This document shows, one piece after another, positions 57,100 to 64,000 of a DNA stretch of 64,000 nt. The position numbers and the translations under genes are program-made. Each line of letters opens with the position of its first letter. Within the stretch, counting starts at the first letter, position 1. The notes below the pieces were generated by a model. The model searched no databases. It had not been told where the DNA came from and saw only the letters and a program-made list of their open reading frames with translations. The stretch comes from an uncultured Actinomycetes bacterium (GTDB taxonomy: Bacteria; Actinomycetota; Actinomycetes; Streptosporangiales; Streptosporangiaceae): assembly GCA_963837515.1 (NCBI GenBank), contig CAWINT010000011.1, forward strand, positions 249,242 to 313,241, given 5' to 3'.

Positions 57100-57395
57100 C
57101 CCCCGGCAGCTTTGTCGCGCTGGCCGTCATCCTGTTCGTCATCGGCGCGGTCGGCGTACTGGTCCGGCGCAACGCCATGGTCATCTTCATGTGCGTCGAG
57201 CTGATGCTGAACGCGGTCAACCTGGCGTTCGTCGCCTTCTCCCGGCTGCACGGCAACCTCAATGGCCAGGTCATCGCGTTTTTCGTGATGGTGGTCGCGG
57301 CGGCTGAGGTCGTGGTCGGGCTGGCCGTCCTGATGGCCATCTTCCGCGCCCGCAAGTCGGCGTCGGTGGACGACGCCAGCCTGCTCAAGTACTAG
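57096..57395 (+). CDS. nuoK: NADH-quinone oxidoreductase subunit K
   Basis: 99 aa, 3 [18 protein letters not shown] and [12 protein letters not shown]. Confidence 0.9.
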   Translation: MTPGSFVALAVILFVIGAVGVLVRRNAMVIFMCVELMLNAVNLAFVAFSRLHGNLNGQVIAFFVMVVAAAEVVVGLAVLMAIFRARKSASVDDASLLKY

Positions 57396-57439
57396 ATCCG
57401 CTGGAGCAGCCAGGCCTGCCGCCGGCGGCCTGGCCAGGC

Positions 57440-59398
57440 ATGAGGAGTGACGCAGTGACAGGCTCACTTGCGGCCGCCCAGGTGGCCGCGGCGCACGCGG
57501 AGAGCACCCTGCCCGCGGCCGGCGCGCAGCGCCTGGCCTGGCTGCTGCTCGTGTTCCCGCTGTTCGGCGCCGCGGTCCTGCTGCTCGGCGGAAAGCGGAC
57601 CGACCGCTGGGGGCACCTGCTCGGCGTGGCCATGCCGCTGGCCGCGTTCGCGTACGGGCTGGTCGCGTTCGCGCAGATGCTCGGGTACCCCGGCTATCAG
57701 CGCAGCCGCAGTGTGCAGCTGTACCAGTGGATCGCGGCGGGCAGTTTCAAGGTCAACCTCGGGCTGCAGCTGGACCAGCTGTCGATCTGCTTCGTGCTGT
57801 TGATCACCGGGGTCGGCTCGCTGATCCACATCTTCTCGGTCGGGTACATGGCCCACGACCCCGGGCGGCGCCGCTTCTTCGGCTTCATGAACCTGTTCCT
57901 GGCCGCGATGCTGCTGCTCGTGCTGGCCAGCAACTACCTGGTGCTGTACGCCGGCTGGGAGGGCGTCGGCCTCGCGTCCTACCTGCTGATCGGGTTCTGG
58001 CAGTACAAGCCGTCCGCGGCGGTCGCGGCCAAGAAGGCGTTCATCGCCAACCGGGTCGGTGACGCCGGGCTGTCGCTGGCCATCATGCTCATGTTCGCCG
58101 TGTTCGGCACGGTCACCTTCACCGGGGTGTTCTCCCACCCGGGCGCGGCCAGCCCGGGCGTGCTCACCGCGATGGGCCTGCTGCTGCTGCTCGGCGCCTG
58201 CGGCAAGTCCGCGCAGCTGCCGCTGCAGTCCTGGCTGCTGGACGCGATGGAGGGCCCGACCCCGGTGTCCGCGCTGATCCACGCGGCGACCATGGTGACC
58301 GCCGGGGTCTACCTGATCGTCCGGTCCGGCCCGATCTTCGACCTGTCCGCCGACGCCCGGCTGGCCGTGGCCATCGTCGGCGCGGCCACGCTGCTGTTCG
58401 GCGGGATCATCGGCTCGGCCAAGGACGACATCAAGAAGGCGCTGGCCGGCTCGACCATGAGCCAGATCGGTTACATGATGCTGGCCGCCGGGGTGGGGCC
58501 GGCCGGCTACCCGTTCGCGATCGCGCTGCTCCTCGCGCACGGGTTCTACAAGGCCGGGCTGTTCCTCGAAGCCGGCTCGATCATGCACGGCATGAACGAC
58601 GAAGTGAACATGCGCCGCTTCGGCGGCCTGTTCTCGGTCCTGCCGATCACCTTCGGCGCGTTCGCGGCGTGCTACCTGGCGATCATCGGCATCCCCCCGT
58701 TCTCGGGGTTCTTCGCCAAGGACACCGTGATCGACGCCGCCTACCACGACGGCGGCACCACCGGCGCGATCGTCGGCACCGCGGCGCTGATCGGCGCGGG
58801 CATCACCTCCTTCTACATGACCCGGATCCTGTTCATGACCTTCTTCGGGAAGCGGCGCTGGGCGGACGACGCGCATCCGCACGAGGCGCCCCCGGTGATG
58901 ACCTGGCCGGTGATCGTGCTGGCCATCGGCGCGCTGGGGTTCGGTGCGTTCGAGATCCTCGGCGACCGGCTGGCCCGGTTCCTCGGCCCGGTGACCGGCT
59001 TCACGCCACCCCAGCCCGCCCTGTTCACCCTGGCCGGCGGGGTGGCCCTGGTCCTAGTCGTGATCTTCGGGGTGATCGCGTGGCTGACGGTCGGGCGGCG
59101 CCCGGTGCCGGAGACGGCCCCGGCCGCCGGGCTCGCGGTCACCGCCGCGCGCAAGGACCTGTACGGCGACGCGATCAACGAGTCGCTGCTGATGCGCCCG
59201 GGCCAGTGGCTGACCCGGCTGTCGGTGTACTTCGACAACCGGGGCGTCAACGGGCTGGTGAACACGATCGCCGCGGCCATCGGCGGCACGTCCGGGCGGA
59301 TGCGCCGGATCCAGACCGGGTTCGTCCGGTCCTACGCGCTGTCCATGCTCGTGGGCGGGGCGCTGCTGGTCGGCGCCCTCCTGCTGGCGAGAATCTAG
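57440..59398 (+). CDS. nuoL: NADH-quinone oxidoreductase subunit L
   Basis: 652 aa, antiporter-like. [16 protein letters not shown] and [15 protein letters not shown]. Confidence 0.9.
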   Translation: MRSDAVTGSLAAAQVAAAHAESTLPAAGAQRLAWLLLVFPLFGAAVLLLGGKRTDRWGHLLGVAMPLAAFAYGLVAFAQMLGYPGYQRSRSVQLYQWIAAGSFKVNLGLQLDQLSICFVLLITGVGSLIHIFSVGYMAHDPGRRRFFGFMNLFLAAMLLLVLASNYLVLYAGWEGVGLASYLLIGFWQYKPSAAVAAKKAFIANRVGDAGLSLAIMLMFAVFGTVTFTGVFSHPGAASPGVLTAMGLLLLLGACGKSAQLPLQSWLLDAMEGPTPVSALIHAATMVTAGVYLIVRSGPIFDLSADARLAVAIVGAATLLFGGIIGSAKDDIKKALAGSTMSQIGYMMLAAGVGPAGYPFAIALLLAHGFYKAGLFLEAGSIMHGMNDEVNMRRFGGLFSVLPITFGAFAACYLAIIGIPPFSGFFAKDTVIDAAYHDGGTTGAIVGTAALIGAGITSFYMTRILFMTFFGKRRWADDAHPHEAPPVMTWPVIVLAIGALGFGAFEILGDRLARFLGPVTGFTPPQPALFTLAGGVALVLVVIFGVIAWLTVGRRPVPETAPAAGLAVTAARKDLYGDAINESLLMRPGQWLTRLSVYFDNRGVNGLVNTIAAAIGGTSGRMRRIQTGFVRSYALSMLVGGALLVGALLLARI

Positions 59399-59411
59399 GA
59401 GAGGCCGGCTG

Positions 59412-61091
59412 ATGAGCACGTTTCCCTGGCTGACCGTGATCGGGGCGGTCCCGCTGGCCGGCGCGCTGGTCATCGCGGTCACGCCCGGCCAGTCCGCCCC
59501 GGGCGGCGAGGCCGACCGGCGGGCGCGCCATCGGCTGGTCAAGCAGCTGGCGCTGGTGTTCTCGCTGATCACGCTGGCGCTGACGATCGCGATGATGGCC
59601 AGCTTCAAGCCGAACGGGGCGCGCTTCCAGTTCAACCAGAGCTACCAGTGGATCCCGCAGTTCGGCGTGCACTACGCGGTCGGGGCGGACGGCATCGCGC
59701 TGGTGCTGATCGCGATGACCGCCGTGCTCATGCCGGTGGTCATCCTGGCGTCGTGGAACGACGCGGACCCGCCCCCGGAGGGGGCGGATGAGCAGCCCGC
59801 GCTGGGCCGCCCGCGGCGCAGCGTGAAGAGTTACTTCGCGCTGCTGCTGGTGCTGGAGACCATGATGGTCGGGGTGTTCGCCGCCACCGACGTGTTCCTG
59901 TTCTACGTGTTCTTCGAGGCCATGCTGGTGCCGATGTACTTCCTCATCGGCAGCTACGGGGTCGGCCAGCGGCAGTACGCCGCGGTCAAGTTCCTGCTGT
60001 ACAGCCTGTTCGGCGGGCTGCTCATGCTGGTCGCGGTGATCGCGCTGTACGTGTACTCGGCGCGGGGCGGCCACGCCGGCACGTTCCTGTTCCAGCCGCT
60101 GACCCAGGTGGTGCTCAGCCCCACCACCCAGAAGTGGCTGTTCCTCGGGTTCTTCATCGCCTTCGCCATCAAGGCCCCGCTGTGGCCGTTCCACACCTGG
60201 CTGCCGGACGCCGCCACCGCCGCGCAGCCCGGCTCGGCCGTGCTGCTGGTCGGCGTCATGGACAAGGTCGGCACGTTCGGGATGATCCGCTACTGCCTGG
60301 ACCTGTTCCCGTCCGCGTCGCGGTACTTCACCCCGCTGATCATCGTGCTGTCGGTGATCGCGATCCTGTACGGCGCGATCGTGGCCATCGGCCAGCGCGA
60401 CCTCAAGCGGCTCATCGCCTACACCTCGATCTCCCACTTCGGCTTCATCGTGCTCGGCATCTTCGTGCTGACCACCCAGGGCCAGTCGGGCGCCACCCTC
60501 TACATGGTCAACCACGCGTTCGCCACCGGGGCGCTGTTCCTGATCGCGGGATTCATGATCACGCGGCGCCGGTCGCAGCGGATCGCCGACTACGGCGGGG
60601 TGGTGCAGGTCGCACCGGTCATGGCCGGGCTCTTCCTGCTGGCCGGCCTGGCCAGCCTGGCGCTGCCCGGGCTGTCCACCTTCGTCAGCGAGTTCCTCGT
60701 GCTGATCGGCACGTTCACCCGGTACAAGGTGGCCGCCTCGTTCGCCACCGCGGGCATCATCCTGGCCGCCATCTACATCCTGTGGATGTACCAGCGCACG
60801 ATGACCGGCCCGGTCCGCGAGGGGATCGCCGGCATGCCCGACCTGAGGCCCCGCGAGCTGTGGGCGGTCGGGCCGCTGATCGCGCTGCTCATCGTGTTCG
60901 GCGTGTACCCGAAGCCGCTGCTGGACGTGATCAACCCGGCGGTGCATGACACGCTGTCCCAGGTGCACGTGCACGATCCGCGGCCGCAGCACCCCAGCGG
61001 GCCGGGAACCGTCGCCTACTTCAGCAAGTCCGGCACGCTCACCCTCGTCAGCGCCGGAGGCGCCCAGATCCAGAAGGGAAGCACCCCGTGA
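59412..61091 (+). CDS. nuoM: NADH-quinone oxidoreductase subunit M
   Basis: 559 aa, antiporter-like. FYVFFEAMLVPMYFLIG and KAPLWPFHTWLPDA. Confidence 0.9.
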   Translation: MSTFPWLTVIGAVPLAGALVIAVTPGQSAPGGEADRRARHRLVKQLALVFSLITLALTIAMMASFKPNGARFQFNQSYQWIPQFGVHYAVGADGIALVLIAMTAVLMPVVILASWNDADPPPEGADEQPALGRPRRSVKSYFALLLVLETMMVGVFAATDVFLFYVFFEAMLVPMYFLIGSYGVGQRQYAAVKFLLYSLFGGLLMLVAVIALYVYSARGGHAGTFLFQPLTQVVLSPTTQKWLFLGFFIAFAIKAPLWPFHTWLPDAATAAQPGSAVLLVGVMDKVGTFGMIRYCLDLFPSASRYFTPLIIVLSVIAILYGAIVAIGQRDLKRLIAYTSISHFGFIVLGIFVLTTQGQSGATLYMVNHAFATGALFLIAGFMITRRRSQRIADYGGVVQVAPVMAGLFLLAGLASLALPGLSTFVSEFLVLIGTFTRYKVAASFATAGIILAAIYILWMYQRTMTGPVREGIAGMPDLRPRELWAVGPLIALLIVFGVYPKPLLDVINPAVHDTLSQVHVHDPRPQHPSGPGTVAYFSKSGTLTLVSAGGAQIQKGSTP

Positions 61092-62668
61092 CCGGGTCCC
61101 TCGCGGCGGCGACGATACCGACGCCGCACATCGACTACGCCCAGCTGTCGCCGATGCTGGTGGTGTTCGGGCTGGCGGTGGTGGGGGTGCTGGCCGAGGC
61201 GTTCCTGCCGCGCAGCCAGCGCCGCGCCGCCCAGCTGGCGATCACCCTCGGCGGGCTGGCCGCGGCGTTCATTCTCACCATCCTGGTGGGCGCCACCTCC
61301 AACCTCTTCGCCCAGGGCAGCCACGGGAACGTGACCGCGGTCGGCGCGGTCGCCGTGGACGGCCCCACGCTGTTCATCTGGGGCACGATCTGCGTGCTCG
61401 CCTTCATCAGCGTGCTGCTCATCGCCGACTCCTCCCGCGAGGAGGAGACCTTCGTGGCCCAGGCCGCGACCACGCCGGGCAGCGCCGAGGAACGCGCCGC
61501 CCAGCTGGCCGGGGTGGTGCACACCGAGATCTACCCGCTGACCCTGTTCGCGGTCGGCGGCATGCTGCTGTTCCCCGCGGCGAACGACCTGCTCACCATG
61601 TTCGTCGCGCTGGAGGTGCTGTCCCTGCCGCTGTACCTGCTGTGCGGCCTGGCCCGGCGGCGCCGGCTGCTGTCGCAGGAAGCGTCCATGAAGTACTTCC
61701 TGCTGGGCGCGTTCTCCTCGGCGTTCTTCCTGTTCGGGGTGGCCATGCTGTACGGCTACGCCGGGTCGGTGTCGCTGGGCGCGATCGCCACCGCGGCCAC
61801 CAGCCACGTGGCCAACTTGACGCTGCTGTACGCGGGGATGGCGCTGCTCGGCGTCGGGCTGCTGTTCAAGATCGGCGCGGTGCCGTTCCAGAGCTGGAAG
61901 CCGGACGTGTACCAGGGGGCGCCGACCCCGGTCACCGCGCTGATGGCGTCCTGCACGCTGGTGTCGGCGTTCGGCGCGCTGCTGCGCGTGTTCTACGTGG
62001 CGTTCGGCAAGCTCAGCTGGGACTGGCGGCCGGCCATGTGGGCGGTGGCCATCCTGACCATGATCATCGGCGCGATCATCGCCATCACCCAGACCGACGT
62101 TAAGCGGCTGCTGGCCTACTCCTCCATCGCGCACGGCGGTTTCGTGCTGACCGGGGTGCTCGCGGCCAGCGTGGCCGGCCTGTCCAGCAGCCTGTTCTAC
62201 CTGGCGGTGTACGGGTTCACCACGATCGGTGCGTTCGCCGTGGTCACCCTGGTCCGGGACCAGACCGGCGAGGCCGCGCACCTGTCCAGCTGGGCCGGGC
62301 TGGGCAAGCGCTCGCCGCTGGTGGCCGGGGTCTTCGCCTTCTTCCTGCTGGCCTTCGCCGGGATCCCGCTGACCAGCGGGTTCACCGGGAAGTTCGCGGT
62401 GTTCCAGGCGGCCATCGCGGGTGGCGCGCTGCCGCTGGTCATCGTGGGCGTGGTGGCCAGCGCGGTGGCCGCGTTCTTCTACGTGCGGGTCATCGTGCTC
62501 ATGTTCTTCTCCGACCCCGCCCCCGGCGGCCCGGCCGTGGTCACGCCGGGCATGTTCACCGGCGCCGCGGTGGGCGTCGGCGTGCTGGCCACCCTCGTGT
62601 TCGGCATCGTCCCCGGGCCCCTGCTCAGCCTCGCGAACCATGCGGCATCTCATCTGTTCGTCCGCTGA
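61088..62668 (+). CDS. nuoN: NADH-quinone oxidoreductase subunit N
   Basis: 526 aa, antiporter-like. LEVLSLPLYLL, KIGAVPFQSWKPDVYQGAPTPVTA. Last gene of the operon. Confidence 0.9.
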   Translation: MTGSLAAATIPTPHIDYAQLSPMLVVFGLAVVGVLAEAFLPRSQRRAAQLAITLGGLAAAFILTILVGATSNLFAQGSHGNVTAVGAVAVDGPTLFIWGTICVLAFISVLLIADSSREEETFVAQAATTPGSAEERAAQLAGVVHTEIYPLTLFAVGGMLLFPAANDLLTMFVALEVLSLPLYLLCGLARRRRLLSQEASMKYFLLGAFSSAFFLFGVAMLYGYAGSVSLGAIATAATSHVANLTLLYAGMALLGVGLLFKIGAVPFQSWKPDVYQGAPTPVTALMASCTLVSAFGALLRVFYVAFGKLSWDWRPAMWAVAILTMIIGAIIAITQTDVKRLLAYSSIAHGGFVLTGVLAASVAGLSSSLFYLAVYGFTTIGAFAVVTLVRDQTGEAAHLSSWAGLGKRSPLVAGVFAFFLLAFAGIPLTSGFTGKFAVFQAAIAGGALPLVIVGVVASAVAAFFYVRVIVLMFFSDPAPGGPAVVTPGMFTGAAVGVGVLATLVFGIVPGPLLSLANHAASHLFVR

Positions 62669-62845
62669 CGTGCCGGGGGCGCCCGCCCGTTCCCGGCATG
62701 CCGGCGGAGTGTCCGGGTATGGGTTGCGGGGCATACCCGGGGAGGCGATGGCCCGGCCACGGTCCGGGGCGAACCCGGTCACCGGGGCCGTCGCCGGCCT
62801 GCGGCGGTTCCCCGCCGCCCCGCCGACCGAGCACCAGGAGCCCGT

Positions 62846-63841
62846 GTGATGACCGCCGTCCCTGTCGATCTGCCCGACGCCGCCCGCACCGCGGACGTGC
62901 AGCAGGGGCTGGCGCTCGTCGAGGAGCAGCTGGCGGCCGCCTCCCAGGCTGAGGAGGGACTGCTCGCCGAGGCGTCCACCCACCTCATCGACGCCGGTGG
63001 CAAGCGGTTCCGGGCCACCCTGGTCCTGCTGGCCAGCCAGTTCGGCAACCCGCGGGACGAGCGGGTGATCACCGCGGCCGCCGCGATCGAGCTCACCCAC
63101 CTGGCCACGCTGTACCACGACGACGTGATGGACGAGGCGCCGCTGCGCCGCGGGCACCCCAGCGCCAACTCGCGGTGGACCAATACGATCGCCATCCTGA
63201 CCGGTGACTACCTGTTCGCCCGGGCGTCCCACCTGCTCGCCCAGCTCGGCGCGGACGCGGTCCGGATCCAGGCCGAGACCTTCACCCGCCTGGTGAGCGG
63301 GCAGATCGCCGAGACCCTCGGCCCGCAGCCGGGCCAGGACCCGCTGGAGCACTACCTGCGGGTGGTGAAGGAGAAGACGGCGTCCCTGGTGGCCACGGCG
63401 GGCCGGTTCGGGGCCATGTACTCCGGGGCGCCGGAGGAGGTCGTCCGCCGGATGGAGTCGGCCTGCGAGGCGATCGGGGTGGCCTTCCAGCTGTCCGACG
63501 ACATCCTGGACGTGGCCAGCGAGACCGCCGAGTCGGGCAAGACTCCCGGCACCGACCTGCGGGAAGGGGTCCGCAGCCTGCCGGTGCTTTACGCGCTGGC
63601 GTCGGCCCGCCCGGCGGACGCCCGGCTGCGGGAACTGCTGGACGGCGCCGACCTCACCGACCAGGCGCTGCACGCCGAGGCGCTCGCGCTGCTCCGCGAG
63701 CACCCGGCCATCGAGCAGGCCCGGGCCGACCTGCGGCGCTGGGCCGCGGTCGCCCGGGAACAGATCACCGGGCTGCCGGACCGGCCGGTCCGCGCCGCGT
63801 TCGAGGGGCTGTGCGACTACGTGGTGGAGCGCACCGGCTAG
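62846..63841 (+). CDS. Polyprenyl diphosphate synthase (trans-IPPS; heptaprenyl/long-chain type for the menaquinone side chain)
   Basis: 331 aa (GTG at 62846 or ATG at 62849). First DDxxD in LYHDDVMDEA and second in FQLSDDILD. Confidence 0.85.
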   Translation: MMTAVPVDLPDAARTADVQQGLALVEEQLAAASQAEEGLLAEASTHLIDAGGKRFRATLVLLASQFGNPRDERVITAAAAIELTHLATLYHDDVMDEAPLRRGHPSANSRWTNTIAILTGDYLFARASHLLAQLGADAVRIQAETFTRLVSGQIAETLGPQPGQDPLEHYLRVVKEKTASLVATAGRFGAMYSGAPEEVVRRMESACEAIGVAFQLSDDILDVASETAESGKTPGTDLREGVRSLPVLYALASARPADARLRELLDGADLTDQALHAEALALLREHPAIEQARADLRRWAAVAREQITGLPDRPVRAAFEGLCDYVVERTG

Positions 63842-64000
63842 TGCTGGTCCGGGGGGACGGCCCCCGTGTCGGCTGGGTGCTCATCGTTCAGCCGGAGCCA
63901 GTAGCCGACGGGGAACAGCCGCACGTTCACGTGCGTGTCCACCAGGCCCCACAGCCCGCGCCGCGCGAACAGGGCCACGGCGATCGCCACCAGGCCCAGG
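63838..64000 (-). CDS. 3' end of an unidentified (probably membrane) protein gene, truncated by the window edge
   Basis: My own translation of the minus strand from 63999: LGLVAIAVALFARRGLWGLVDTHVNVRLFPVGYWLRLNDEHPADTGAVPPDQH*. Its stop shares the palindrome CTAG with the synthase stop. Too short to appear in the ORF track, and no family can be assigned. Confidence 0.3.
   Translation of the reverse strand, partial: LGLVAIAVALFARRGLWGLVDTHVNVRLFPVGYWLRLNDEHPADTGAVPPDQH

Overview
High-GC (roughly 70%+) actinobacterial chromosomal segment with two parts. (1) nt 1-39,000 is a large cell-surface glycan/exopolysaccharide (EPS) locus. It encodes two tandem WbaP-type priming phosphoglycosyl transferases and a Wzx-like flippase fused to an extra TM helix plus an extracytoplasmic sugar-binding-like domain. 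It also encodes a Wzy/O-antigen-ligase-like polymerase, GT2 and GT4 glycosyltransferases, an RmlC-like epimerase, a TylC3-like sugar C-methyltransferase, further SAM methyltransferases and a pyruvyl transferase. Further genes are an AsnB-like amidotransferase, a bi-domain (MDR + Gfo/Idh/MocA) oxidoreductase, a signal-less heparinase II/III-like protein and a beta-helix lipoprotein. Four Wzz/PCP-like proteins form two inverted paralogous pairs, and their BY-kinase-like cytoplasmic domains have no recognisable P-loop. At the distal end sit three paralogous double-DUF4082-like proteins that are fused to, translationally coupled to, or separated from a small Tat-signal domain. Two biosynthetic genes (a GT2 and a methyltransferase) are interrupted by single-base frameshifts. 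Two perfect tandem repeats are present: 27 bp x4 (in-frame) and 14 bp x7 (at the rmlC stop). (2) nt 39,000-64,000 is conserved core metabolism. It holds cysQ-cysD-cysN, an S9 peptidase, and menaquinone genes (menG/ubiE, a MenJ-like geranylgeranyl reductase, a polyprenyl synthase) flanking a complete nuoA-N complex I operon. I saw no rRNA, tRNA, CRISPR array, transposase or integrase. All functional calls rest on motif and pattern recognition in the supplied translations, with no database search. Most start codons are inferred from SD-like sequences, stop/start overlaps and paralog alignment.
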